Shown one piece after another: positions 1 to 13,859 of a stretch of 64,000 nt of DNA. The position numbers were made by a program, and so were the translations under genes. The first letter of the stretch is position 1. Every line of letters starts with the position of its first letter. Below the pieces are notes generated by a model. It made no database searches, had not been told where the DNA came from, and was given only the letters and a program-made list of their open reading frames with translations. Origin of the DNA: Octopus vulgaris (taxonomy: Eukaryota); contig OX597818.1 of NCBI GenBank assembly GCA_951406725.2, forward strand, positions 121,892,001-121,956,000, read 5' to 3'.

Positions 1-355
1 CTTATATTTTTTTACAATACACTACTTCTAGCCTTAAGTTTATATACTGTTGGCTACTGGTACACCATTACAACGAGTTTATCCAATAACCATACCTGCA
101 TGCATAAATACGTACACATACATATGCATGCATACGTATATGCATATATATGTATGCACTTCTAAGTATATATACACACACATATGTATATAAATATTAC
201 CGCTCTACCTATCACGTGCATGGAGTAATGACAAGAAGCACGATCTGTCCAACTGCACATTGATCATATTCCATATATATATAGGTATATATATATATAT
301 ATATACATATTATACATATATATATATATTATATACACACATGCATAATACATAC

Positions 356-415
<60 letters not shown>

Positions 416-537
416 TGAATATATATATGTATGTATGAACATACATTATATATACTATGTATGTGATATATATATATATATATATATATGATATACATAT
501 ATACATATATACGTACATGCATACATACATGCATACA

Positions 538-570
<33 letters not shown>

Positions 571-994
571 GCATACATACATAAATACATACATACATAC
601 ATACATACATACATACATACATACATACATACATACATACAAGCACTCATATTATTACTTTATTTTTATATATATTTTATAACTCTCTGTTTCATGTTTT
701 TTTTGGTCAACCTACTTCTCTCTCACTAAATGCATAAGTAGACTTACAAGAAACACTTTAGATACAACTTTATTCATTAAATCACTATTTTAACATAATG
801 GTGTCTCAGCTGCTACCAGGATTAGTAAATCTATGAATCGATGTGGACTTTTACTTATGGACAAATTTGATTTATGGCTATCGCAGCTCTGCCGGAGAAA
901 TACATTTTTCTATGGAATCAAGATCAGTCGTTAAATTTCTCGATAACAATAGATGAGTATATATATGTAATTTACCTGTCTCTCTGTCTATATG

Positions 995-1081
<87 letters not shown>

Positions 1082-1399
1082 CTTTTTTTTCTCTCCTTCG
1101 TCTGTCTACCTGTTTCTCTCCCCTATCTCTCTGTCCATCTTTCTTTCGTTCTTTCTTTCTTTCTTTCTTTATCCCCTTTTCTTTCTCTTCACTTCCCTAT
1201 TTATCTATTTATCTGTCTGTCTGTCTGTATGGTATATGTATCTGTCTAGTTAACTACAGTGTATGCATTATGTTCGTATGTATGCATGCATTCATGCATG
1301 CATGTATGTTTGTATGTATGCATATACGTACGTATGTATGATTTATGTATGTATGTATGTATGTATGTATGTATCTATCTATCTATCTATGTATGTATG

Positions 1400-1433
<34 letters not shown>

Positions 1434-1542
1434 ACCGTTTCTATATCTGCACGAAGGTAAAACTGTTGAAGAGAGATAAATGACAGTACCTACAAGCATA
1501 CAAAGCGTCCATTAATTTTATCATTTTATTTCGCTTCCCTAC

Positions 1543-1622
<80 letters not shown>

Positions 1623-4239
1623 CATATATATATATGTACATATGTCTACATACACAAACATACTTACATATAAATACACACACATCTACTGACATTAGTA
1701 TGGAAAGTTTGGGTGACTACCACAAACACATGGACACACACAGAGACACACATTCCCTCACACACAAAAACGCGAAAACTCACACCTCACACCCTCTCCT
1801 TACCTACCTCACATGCATATACACACTTACATACAAAGTGGAAATTTCGAAGAACATAAAAAGAAATGGAAGCTACTTCACATCCTCTATGACTCTACAA
1901 AGACATAAAAACATACGTCTGCACTTAAATGCTATTTATTTGGTTTCGCTGTCATGAATGAATGGACTGAATACGATGAATTTCGAAATAATTATATTTC
2001 ATTATCTTCTTTACACCTTCGCAAAACTATTGATTCAATTTCGATCCCTCCATTAAACGTTTTTCCAAGAGATCTCATAGACACACGCATTCGCATGCGT
2101 CAAGTCGTACGCATACATCGACGCGCAGTCAGAAGTACATTTGCAAGCAGAGATGCAGAATCAGACAAAGGCAATCACATGTATACACACTCACTCACTC
2201 ACTCACTTACTCACTCTCTCTCTCTCTTATATAAACTGATGCATACAAATGTACACAGGTACATAGATGCAGATAGATATCGATATAGGCACACACACAT
2301 ATACACATGTATATATATATGTAGGTGATATAGATATCAAACAATATTACATGAACACCGATCACCGGAATGCTGATTTGCGAACAGTATATATACAGGC
2401 AAGCACACAAACTCACACAAACACACACAAACCCAGATATATATATATATATATATAATATTATATCATATATATTATATCATACATTCATTCATACATA
2501 CATACATACATACATATTTATACACATATATGTTTATACATGTTTATACATGTTTATGCATGCATATATGTATATATATGTATATATATATATATATGTA
2601 CACACATATAATGCACATATACATATGTATTTAGATATATGAACGTGCATACGTACATATATACATACATACATACATACATACATACATACATACATAC
2701 ATACATACAACATACATACATACATACATAATATACATATGTAATATACATACAGAAAGTAGAGGGATACTTAAGGTGTTATGAGTCGTAAAAACTTACC
2801 GTGTGAATACAGAGAGATAAAGAGAACAATTCGTAAACGGTTGAAGTCGTTGGTGAATACATATTGTTGTGCGTTCAACTATCTGTGTTCGCTTTATACG
2901 GGCATATTCATGTGGTTGCAGGCAGCATAATTTGCGTTAATGTTTCACAGAATGTGTAAATATAAGTATAGGTTTCCTTATTTGTGTACGCAAGCTCACC
3001 GCCATATATATATGTATACGTTGTTCACTAACACGTACGCTCATACACACAAGTGTGCAAAGTCAATACACATAATTATACAACAGTATCAATAACGAAA
3101 AAAGCAAAAAGGAGAATATGATAAAAACATGTAAGCCACGCCATACATCATATATCATACACTACACTATACATTCGCGGATGTAATGGCTTCTGCATCA
3201 CGTAACTTACAGAACAATGCCAAATGCACAAAAAATTGCGCAACTAAATATAATGCAAATACAAATGCATGCTGTACAAATGATAGCATGCTTAGTATAC
3301 ATAATAATATTGAATACAATTACAGCGTGCAAACGACACACAATAGGTAGCAACACGCAATGTCAAGTAACTTAACATATAACGTAGAAGTTGAAGAAAA
3401 CTATATATATTATACAGCGATGTTTCACAGTGTACAAAGATGATGGGGTTACAGGGGCAATGCACAATGTACTACATACATAATGGAACTTAAAGACAAT
3501 ATACAAATACCTATATGGAGTCATATCCATACGTTTCATAAATGTATTTAGTGGAGTGTTTAGGATGTTTGCTTCGCAAAGAAGAGGTCTCGACTTCAGT
3601 ATATTTTACCAAAGCGTTGTGTCGACCCAAGTGGACGAAAAGATCCCTCCACAGGATTGTGTTATAACTTGATACACAGGGCATATTTCCTGGCGTCTTA
3701 TATGATACATATTGCCAATTCTTTCCAATCACCATAGTAACTTGGAATTTATGAAAAGACAACGTGTGAAGCAAGGGCTAACTAAAAGTCAGAAAACAAG
3801 CATAGATGTTTAGGACAAACTAATGAAAAAGGTTTTGGACAGATAAAGGGTTAAAAGTACACGTATCTGTGTACAGCAACTGTTACACATTAATTCAATA
3901 AGTAGGTCATTCTGATGGAGAAGCTGGGGGTTCAAACGTCAACCTCGACTGTAGTGTCAATCGTCTACAGTCTGGTTGTGAAATCGTGTCCTGAATTTAA
4001 ACCAGGGCCTTTAAAATAAATTGTAATGGGAATCGAACTGAGTAGGTTCGTATCTCTTAAAACTCATCAGAGATAACTTAATTCTGTCTTTTAATTCACC
4101 TAAATAAAGGATAGAATACTTACAGTGGCCATACAAAGTATGCCACAGGAGAATATAACATACAAGTTTATATAACTTAAAGTTTACTAAACAGTCACGA
4201 GCGATATATTTGGGTCAAAGAGAAAACATCTGTGTGGCC

Positions 4240-4445
4240 ACAACACTTGCTAGAATAGCAAAACAAATCTTTCTCAAATCACACACTACCGTTATAAAAC
4301 AGGAAGGATACATTGAGAAATGTAGGCCTTAGGTTAAACTTAAAAACAAAATTATAGACATGGTCGAAATTCCTGGGATGGTAACGGTTGTAGGACTTTT
4401 GATTACAGGTCCTCTCAATAAAGGCAGACGTAGTCTAAACAATAT
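4240..4445 (+). repeat. Old dispersed repeat family (SINE-like 3' module)
   Basis: The motif gctagaa(a)tagca..aaatct..ctcaaatca recurs near 4516, 16078, 18322, 38566 and 44480, and reversed near 23600. Confidence 0.55.
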
Positions 4446-5189
4446 ATGTTTTGACATTAGTTTCGTGTATAACGACAGAGAAATGGAGGCAAATCGCTAC
4501 ATGATCACTTGCACTGCTAGAAAAAGTAAACTAATTTCCCTCGGATCATGCACTAATGTATGGTAGAGGAAAAGAATAGATGAACTAGTTATAGCTGTAA
4601 TGACGTTGAGCTTAGGTTTGGTTAGTCAGGATTTCCCTAGGGTTGGACAACGTTAGCTGCAGCAATGGAGAAATTCGAATACGAAATTGTTTATGAAGAG
4701 AGAAAATGACGAAGTATTGATTGGAAAATGTACGAAATGGATATGAAAGAATAATGCAGAGAAAGAGAAGTGAGATACAGTGAATGAGAAATCGAGCTCT
4801 CTCCCTCTCCATATTCACAAAAACACACACACATATACACATACACACATATATGGGGAGAGAGAGAGGAGAGAGAGAGAGAGAGAGGAAGAAAGAGAAG
4901 GAAAGAGACAGGGAGAGAGAGTGAAAGAAAGAAAGAAAAAGAGAGAATGACTTATAACAAACTACTAGAAACAGAAAAGAGATCCGACTAAATCCCAAAG
5001 TAATAAACATTAAGAAATGAATTTGAACAAAAAGCTGAACAAAAAACAAAAAAGAAAACAGGGACAAGAGTGATAGAAGAAAAACAGCAAGAACATCAAC
5101 AGAACTATTTGGCATTGATGACCAAAACTCCTAAGTTGAAGATTAGCAATTGAATGCACATTCAAATTTAGGTAAAAATGTTGTGTCTA

Positions 5190-5247
<58 letters not shown>

Positions 5248-5295
5248 TATATACATAATACATACATACGTACACACATACATACACAAACACTT

Positions 5296-5688
5296 ATTCT
5301 TTTACTTGTTTCAGTCATTTGAATGCGGCCATACTGGAGCACCGCCTTTTTAGTTGAATCAGTTGACCCCAGGCCCTATTATTTGTAAGCTTGCTACTTA
5401 TTCTATCGGTTTCTTTCGCTGAACTGTTAAGTTACTGGCACATAAACATCCCCAACATTGTCAAGCGACGGTGAAGGGACAAACACAGACACAAAGACAC
5501 ACACAAACATATATATATATAAATATATACGCGACGAGCTTCTTTTTCAGCTTCCGTCTACTAAATCCACTCACAAGGCTTTGGTCGGCCCGAGGCTATA
5601 GTAGAAGACACTAGCCCAAGGTGCCACGCAGTGGGACTGAACCCAGAACTATGTGGTTGGGAAGCAAGCTTTTTACCACACAGCCACG
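5296..5688 (-). mobile_element. tRNA-derived SINE (family A) with an internal microsatellite
   Basis: Head gtggctgtgtggtaa..gggttcagtcccactgcgtggcaccttggg; closely similar to the copies at 25863 and 39649. Confidence 0.9.
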
Positions 5689-5745
<57 letters not shown>

Positions 5746-5823
5746 TCATCTGTGAATCAATCTACATTCATGCATACCTGGGTATACTACATACAGACAT
5801 ACATACATACATATATACATACA

Positions 5824-5856
<33 letters not shown>

Positions 5857-5873
5857 GTCTGTGTGTGTGCATA

Positions 5874-5905
<32 letters not shown>

Positions 5906-6343
5906 AATATATATATATACATACACAAGTACATAAAATAATTGCTTATATACGTATGCATACACACATGCACGCACGCGCGCATACACATACACACACG
6001 CACGCACGCACGCACACACACACGCAAACACACACACACACACACAAACACACAAATCATATTTATTTTCCTCGTTTGTAAATCTGCCGACAGATGTCGA
6101 TGCATGTCACACTATCTTACATTATGTCACAAACGCTTCATGGAATATTTGCAAAATTCCTGGCAGTTCTTATAGTTACGTTCCTTTACCTTCCGAGTTC
6201 AAATCCTGATGCTTCCAGGAGTTCGCAAATAAACGTCATTTCTGTATTGGCACTCAAGTAAATCAAAAAGACTTCTATCGGAAAATGGACAGCTTTGTAT
6301 CTCAACATCTCTGCAAAGTATCCTGAATGTTTTTGTGCAGGAC

Positions 6344-7030
6344 GTTATTATTGTTATTATTGAGTGAGAGAGCAGTGCATGCCATCAAAGTGACACTGGG
6401 GTAAAATATATGAAGCCCAGTATACCCATCATGGCTACCGTCTGATAAGGGTACACCATGCCCATACATCACAACCATATGTGCGATACATGGTGACTTT
6501 ATATAAATAGCACATGACATTGCAGGTGGGACCCAATTAGAATTTTGTTCAGATCAAGTAGCCCATCCCGCTCAAAAGGTCCTTGAATAAGGGTTTTTTA
6601 ATGATGTTGAATGAAATACCTATGTTTCCTGAGGTGAATTACCCAAACCCCAAAGAATTCCTCTCAACACATGGCAATGATGCTCCCCCACTACTTCTGC
6701 TCATGTTCAGAGATGCACGTATCGTCAGCCTCAAAGGGACATGCTCAACTGGTTAAGGTCAAACAACTGACGAGCAAATTTGAGGTATTGAGTAGAATAT
6801 TTGCTGTAGCCCATCTTTTATACCTATACAAAACAATGTACATGATAACACTTCCAATCAGTTAAGATCAGAAGCCATGAGAGCCACTGTCTAGTACTGC
6901 ATCAGGGCATCCTGGTATTGCAACAGGGCATCCTGGTATTGCATCAGGGCATCCTGGTATTGCATCAGGGCACCCTGGTACTGTATCAGAGCATCTTGTT
7001 ACTGCATCAGGACACCATTATTATTGTTAT
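6344..7030 (-). mobile_element. Non-autonomous retroposon with an (AAT)n-type tail inserted in a triplet microsatellite
   Basis: Non-coding unique block with (TTA/TTG)n at both ends. I recognise it as a common octopus repeat. Its 5' end is reiterated as 21-bp units. Confidence 0.6.
6890..7015. repeat. 21-bp minisatellite x6
   Basis: Consensus cctggtaYtgcatcagggcat; units at 6890, 6911, 6932, 6953, 6974 and 6995. Confidence 0.95.
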
Positions 7031-7887
7031 TGTTGTTGTTGTTGTTGCTGTTGTTGTTATTCGGTTATATTTTTATATTTGTTTATATATTTAGTATTTA
7101 GTGTCGACAATTTGCTTTCAGCGACGATTGATTTTCTTCGTTAGAAATATGGAAAGAGGAAGAGAGAAAGAGAGAAAGAGAGAGAGAGATAGGGAGAGGA
7201 ATGGAGAAAGTGTGAGAGGTAGAGTCATAGAAATAGGGGGAGGGAAAGTAGAAGTGAGTAAGAAGAAAGTAGAAGTGAATGCGACGGAAAAATAGCCAGT
7301 GAAAAAGAGATTGATGTATAAATGTTTTAATGGAAGTATAAAAGATATGAAACAATAAAGAAATATGAGTGAGAGGGAGGGAGAGAGAAGGGGGAAGAGT
7401 AAAAGGAACGCACCTATGGAAGATGAGAGACAGAAGTCTGGTGTAGAAATAGAAGTAAGTGTTAGGAAGAAAGAAGGGAGATAAAAAAAAACTTGTATCA
7501 CACCCACCCACACACACACATATATATATATATGGAGACAGAAAGAGAACAAAAGAAAAAGTGAAACAGATAAAGAGAGAGAGAGAGGGAGAACGGGAGA
7601 GAAAGATTATTGGCGAATATAAAAAGATGCAGGAGAAAAGGAAAAGTGGGGAAAATAGAAGAGAGAATTATTCATTCTGAAGATGATACAAGGAATAATA
7701 ATAGGCATATATACTGGAATCCTTTCATACATACATGCATACATACATACATACATACATACATACACATATACACACATACATACATACATACATACAT
7801 ATATGCATTCATACATACACATATACACACATACATACATGCATACATACATACATACATACATACATACATACATACATACATACA

Positions 7888-7920
<33 letters not shown>

Positions 7921-8090
7921 GCATTCATACTTCTTTGTTTCGTTAACGTACAGAATGATATTCAGTGTGTGTTGAATATGCTTCAATGCATGGTTTCAGG
8001 TTCAGTCCCGCTGAGTGGCACCGGGGGCAAGTGTCTTCTTCTACAACATCTGTGAATGGATTTGGTAGATGGAACTGAAAGTGGCATGTC

Positions 8091-8123
<33 letters not shown>

Positions 8124-8126
<3 letters not shown>

Positions 8127-8376
8127 AGAATTCACAAAAAAAACAAAAGACGAAGACAGGTGGTGTAGACAACAAACAGATGTATTAGTATAACGCTCAT
8201 TAAGGGAAAAAGTCTTTAACGTTTCGAGCCTACGTTCTTCCACAGAAAGGAACACAGAAAAACAGAAAGAAACAAGGATAGAAAATAAAGAATATGTAGT
8301 GGCTAGTGATCTAGAGAACAAACATTAATTTCGAGTCAACGACTTTATATAACACCAGGCTTCCATACATTTCATC
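8124..8376 (-). mobile_element. Short Penelope-type 3' terminus inserted in (AT)n
   Basis: (AT)n on both sides and a hammerhead-like motif. Shares tttaacgtttcgagc and gtatta..acgctca with 46066-46280. Confidence 0.6.
8214..8249 (-). ncRNA. Hammerhead-like motif with variant core CTGTGGA
   Basis: The minus strand reads cttt-CTGTGGA-a-GAAC(gtag)GCTC-GAAA-CG-TT-aaag, with one mismatch in stem II. Stem I covaries with the 46173 copy. Confidence 0.55.
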
Positions 8377-8429
8377 ATATATATATATATATAGACATAA
8401 ATACATGCATGCATAATACATACATAGAT

Positions 8430-8538
<109 letters not shown>

Positions 8539-8652
8539 TAGAACGAGAACAGGGAAGAAGTTTCAATGAAAATAAAAATGCAATACAAATGTATTACTTT
8601 CCAGTAAAGAATAGCCCCATAAGGGTAAACTTATATATATATATATACATAC

Positions 8653-8733
<81 letters not shown>

Positions 8734-9546
8734 TATATAGATAAAAGATATATGTATGTTTGTATATATATATATATATATGTATGCATGAATGTATGTA
8801 TATATATGTATATATAATAGATATAAACTAGTTGATTAACACCATAGCAATTTACAGTTTCATGACGGCTAATATAACTATGAATGTTAGGTCAAACGCG
8901 ATGAGTGATACATTATTTTCATTGGTCAGTCTCTAGCTCATATTTCCCTATAGCACAAGACTTAAGCATGGCAAACCTCTTTGCGTAAAAGAACTGGAAA
9001 AGTAATGTATCATAATAGAAACTCCAACTGGTAAAAAAACATCTCGAACATAATATAAATAGAATAGCAAACCTATCAGCCCAAAAGGAAATACACGAGC
9101 TCTTTAACGAAAAAAAAATCGTGTAGATGACTAAAGTTTTTAAAGCGTACACAGCCCCTACTTTTTGAATGCAAATGTAGAAATACGCTGAAATATCCTT
9201 TCAAAGAAAATGCCTATCGACGTCTGTAATATTCAGAGATACAATAAAAACAGTTAATGGTATCAAAATAGCATATATAAGATTAACAGAGAACGCCTTA
9301 AAAACCCATTACACACAGTACATGCATTAATTTAAATTCTGAGAGAGCATCTACAGAATATAACTGAAATCTTAAATGCTACAAAAATCAATAATATGTA
9401 AAAATAGTAATAAGGGATGAAAGCTTGGAATCGTAGGGAGGTATAATATGTTAATAACAACAGAAAATATTTTAAAAGGGGAAATGAAACGTTTACACAC
9501 GTCAAAACACATGCATACATACATGCATACATATGCACACGCATAC

Positions 9547-9615
<69 letters not shown>

Positions 9616-9746
9616 GTTTACACACATACATACACTCATGTATATATCGGCACTGAGCAGACAATCGGAACGTGTTATACCTAGCTGGTCACAATGCGCT
9701 TCGCATTGTTTTAGCTGTCGAATGATGCTACACCATTAGCAAGGCG

Positions 9747-9906
9747 GGCAGCGAGCTGGCAGAATCGTTAGCACGCTGGGCGAAATGCTAAGCAGTATTT
9801 CGTCTGCTGTAACGTTTTGAGTTCAAAATTCCGCCGAGGTCGACTTCGCCTTTCATCCTTTCGGGGTCAATTAAATAAGTACCCGTTTCGCACTGGGGTC
9901 GATGTA
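9747..9906 (+). mobile_element. SINE family B, 3'-truncated, joined directly to the Penelope-like RT
   Basis: ggcagcgagctggcagaatcgttagc..gagttcaaaattccgccgaggtcgac..cactggggtcgatgta. Confidence 0.88.
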
Positions 9907-11612
9907 CCGATACAGAGGGCGCTTTCGATGTGAACATGGGGTCATATAATGGAGCAGGCATACGCAATTTCATATGACTATTCCTACTCGATACGTTGGG
10001 CAAGACTTTTCCTGACGTATATTTCGCCATTTACAAAGATGATGCCCTAGCTTTAACCACAAATACCAATGGACCAGCACAAGATCGGTTTAGGAAGGAC
10101 GTTATCTAAATGATGAAAACTTTCGGTCTTATCATAACTATAGATACCGACCTGACGGTTGTCAATTTCCTACATGTATCCTTAGATTTAAATAAGAATA
10201 TTTACAAACCTTATAGGAAGCCCAACTTAGTTATATTAATGTAGGTTCCTGCATTGCTTAAAAATTTAGTTAAAAACATTAGCAAAAGAATTTCTAGTCT
10301 CTCCTCCGATAGGGACATTTTTAATAGTGTTGCCCCAGTATATAATAAAGGTCAAAAAGATAGTGAATTTAGCGAGGAAATAACCTACACACCTGTTACC
10401 AGTCCAATAATAAAGAAAAGGAAACATAGGAATAGGAAAACCATCTGGTTCATATCCCCTTACTCCCCCGAAATGATCTTTAATATAGGTAAATATTTCT
10501 TATCACTTATAGATAGACATTTTCCAATCACTTATAATTACAGAAAGCTCTTCAATAGACATAACTTAAAAATCAGTTTTAGCTCGACTACTAATTTTAA
10601 AAATATAATCGCACACAACACATAAAGACAACAAAATGAAACCAGCTGTTCATGCAGGGATAGAAATTTGTGCCCGCTAAATGGAGCTTACATGTCCGAG
10701 ACCATCATTTATGAAGCCACCGAAGACTCTACAACCACTAAGGACATAGTTTCGTCAAAGAAATATGGGGGTATCACAGAGGGGAATTTTAAAATCAGGT
10801 TCACCAATCACACCTTGAGCTTCAGACACTGGGAAAAAAGAAAAAACAACCACATTATCCAGTTATATATGGTGTTTAAAAGAAAAAAGGTGTCAATTAT
10901 AATATCCATTGGAAGATCTTAGCCAAGTGTAAGCCTTATAACAATGGCAGTGGAAAGTGCGGTCTTTGTGATTTGGAAATATTACTCATCTGGAAAAGCA
11001 GCTTAGACCCCGCTACATGTTTTAAATTCAAGAAATGAACTTTTTGGTTCAAGTCCATATATGGCTAAATATTTGTTACGTTTTTGATCCCCACAAGATC
11101 ACAGATATAACCTTCTTTTTTTATTGTGCCCATGTACAAGCATTTTATCTCCCACCCCTCTCTCACTATATATATATACATACTATTATATGCATTTTTA
11201 TTGCTTTATATATTTTTACATATTTTTTCTGCATATTACCCTTCACCCTGCATTTTGTGTATGTGCATATATAGACATGTATATGAAGATAATTATGCGC
11301 GTATGGGTATATATGTGCGTGTGTGCGGGTATGTATATGTGTACCTATGTATGGTTGCATATATATGTATACATATAGGTGTGTGGGTGTGGATGTTTCA
11401 TGTATATGTTTCACGTGTGGGTGTGCGCGCGCGCATGTGTATGTATGTATGTACATGCGCGCATATGCGAATTTTACGACCGTTTCTTACTTTCTTCCCT
11501 TCCAGTTTTTTTCCCTTTATTTAACGTTCATTTTCATAGCAGATTTCCGCCCCGACATCCGAAACTCGGAGTTTTATTATGGCAACCGAATAATTGTCAC
11601 ATATTATATTAC

Positions 11613-11613
<1 letters not shown>
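9907..11613 (+). mobile_element. Degraded, 5'-truncated Penelope-like retroelement (RT core + C-terminal GIY-YIG endonuclease + 3' UTR) ending at an (AT)n tract
   Basis: The frame from 9924 reads FDVNMGSYNGAGIRNFI*LFLLDTL...AIYKDDALAL (PLE RT motifs; YKDD at 10032-10043), then VNFLHVSLDL..YKPYRKPN. ORF 10254-10625 has thumb/linker-like RNRKTIWFISPYS..NIGKYFL..LFNRHNLKISFS. CSCRDRNLCPLNG starts at 10647, followed by IIYEA..KKYGGITEGNFKIRF..H..SF and WKIL..KPY..KCGLC. Multiple stops and frameshifts. Confidence 0.92.
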
Positions 11614-11689
<76 letters not shown>

Positions 11690-11696
11690 AATATAA

Positions 11697-11976
11697 TGGA
11701 CTCTCCTGTCGAAGACGACGTATGAGCGTTCAGCTTTTGCCGAACGACCTGCACAAATTGTTTGTTTGTAGTGATCAAATGTTCGTGCGGCACATTAGCT
11801 CCATCAAATCAACATTGCTTGAACAGGTGCTCTGTGTTGCACGCATCAGGTGTCGAAGTGATCACAGAGCAACGTGAGGTGAAGTGTTTTGTTCAAGAAC
11901 ACGACGCATTACCTGGTCTAGGAATGAACTCACGATCGCTAGATCGCAAGTGCAAACCCTAACCACTAGGCCATAT
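11697..11976 (-). mobile_element. tRNA-derived CORE-like SINE
   Basis: The minus strand has tggcctagtggttaggg..gagttcattcc, then gtgttcttgaacaaaacacttcacctcacgttgctc (CORE-like), and the tail cgtcgtcttcgacaggagagtcca. Confidence 0.8.
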
Positions 11977-12368
11977 GTATATGTGTGTGTTTGCGAATGT
12001 ATGCATGTATGTATATGCACACTAAGTGTATAGGCATAAAAATTGTTGAGATTTTCGATAAACTTCGGTTTTTCTCAGACTGTGGTCGGCTATTACGAAC
12101 GATAAAATTTTGCCCAAAGTTCTTGCGGATAAATTGATAAAAAATAATAATAAATACTATAAAAAGTAAATAAAAATACCCAACCTAACTAAATACAACC
12201 ACAAAAAACAACTACAAAATACTAAACATCAAGGATACTGACAAAGAAAAAAAAATCCTTATCATGGCAAACGGTAATGTTTATGATCGATTTGTGTGTG
12301 TCTGTATAAATAAATATATACATATGTATATGTGTGTGTGTATATAAATATAAATACATATGCATATT

Positions 12369-12502
<134 letters not shown>

Positions 12503-12962
12503 CTATACGTATACATGCATACATACATATGTGTGTGTGTGTATGCTTAGTATTTTTTCTCATTAGAGGATAGAAAAAAAACTGTGCTCTTTATGTATTT
12601 TTTTCTCAATTTCTCAATATTCGGTTTAAGATGTGGAGAAATGTTTACAATCTGACTATTGATATCTCTTAACTTCTGATAGAATCACTAGAATCGGTAT
12701 TTTGTTGCGTCACTTTTGTGTATAGTGTGAAATTCTCATCCCGCCGAGGTCGTCTCCGTCTTTCATCTTTTGCAGGATATTTGTCGGGGTGGTGGTGGGT
12801 GGTGATAAAAGAATCAAAGAGCGTGAGAAAACAGATGGAGTGGAGCGGGATGGAGGCAGAGCGGCCGAGGAACTGAGAGGCAGAGAGACCGAGAGGGTTA
12901 CAGAAGAGGAAATAGAATGAAATACGTAGAAATCAATTAAAAGGTACGGGTGGGAAATATTG

Positions 12963-13404
12963 TTTTACTCGCTTCGTTTCAGTCATTGGACTGCGGCCAT
13001 ACTGTGGCATCGCCTTGAATGCTTTTATCGAATAAATCGACCCTAGTATTTCTTTTTCTTCTTAAATTGGCACTTTTTTCTGTTCGCTCCTTTTGACGAA
13101 CAGCTACGTTACAAGGACGTAAACAAACCAGCACCGGTTGTAAAACATAGTGGGGAAGGTGGACAAGCGCAGACACGCAAAAACACACGCATACACACAG
13201 GCAGACACACACACATACACACACACATACATATACGCACACATGTAGATACGACGGGATTCCATACCAAATTCACTCAGAAGACATTAGTTGGTCCGCG
13301 GTTATAGTAGATGTTACTTGCCCAAGGTACTGCGCAGCGGGACTGAACCCGAAACCAGGTGGTTGCAAAATGAGCTTCTTAAACACACAGTCGTGCCAGC
13401 GCCT
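12963..13404 (-). mobile_element. SINE family A, diverged
   Basis: gtttcagtcattggactgcggccat..acttgcccaaggtactgcgcagcgggactgaaccc. Confidence 0.82.
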
Positions 13405-13595
13405 ATTGATGACGATATGAATAAACTAAAATGAAAGAGCATATAATAATAATATAAGTGCCAGGCAAGAAGGAATCTGGGTAGTTTTAATCAATTGTAT
13501 AGCACCAGATTGCTCCCGGAAAAAGAAATATAAAAAAATAATGGCCTTGCACTAAAGAAGCCATTAGAAAAACAACAACAGCAACAACAACAACA

Positions 13596-13653
<58 letters not shown>

Positions 13654-13787
13654 GCTTTTATTGTTGTGGTTCTTAATTTCGTTTATCGATCACTTAATAA
13701 TTTTCCATTTATTTATTTGTTTATTTGTATGCTTATTGTTTGTTTATGCGTTTATATTTGTCCTGAAACTGCTTTCAAATGTGTGTG

Positions 13788-13859
<72 letters not shown>

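Noticed and set aside
3511-3774. Non-repetitive 87-aa ORF as a possible host exon
   Set aside because: No recognisable motif, non-ATG start, and a length compatible with chance.
4031-4075. Minus-strand CTGATGA..GAAC hammerhead-like string (similar weak hits near 17700 and 23200)
   Set aside because: The GAAA box and/or the stems are broken in each; too degenerate to support.
6890-7015. CRISPR-like regular repeats (also 54667-54985)
   Set aside because: Head-to-tail units with no unique spacers, no cas genes, and a eukaryotic context.
9975-9977. In-frame TGA in the PLE RT (and at 63733 in the Dong RT) as possible selenocysteine or recoding
   Set aside because: They align to conserved Gly and Trp, each one substitution away. 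Both elements also have other stops or frameshifts.
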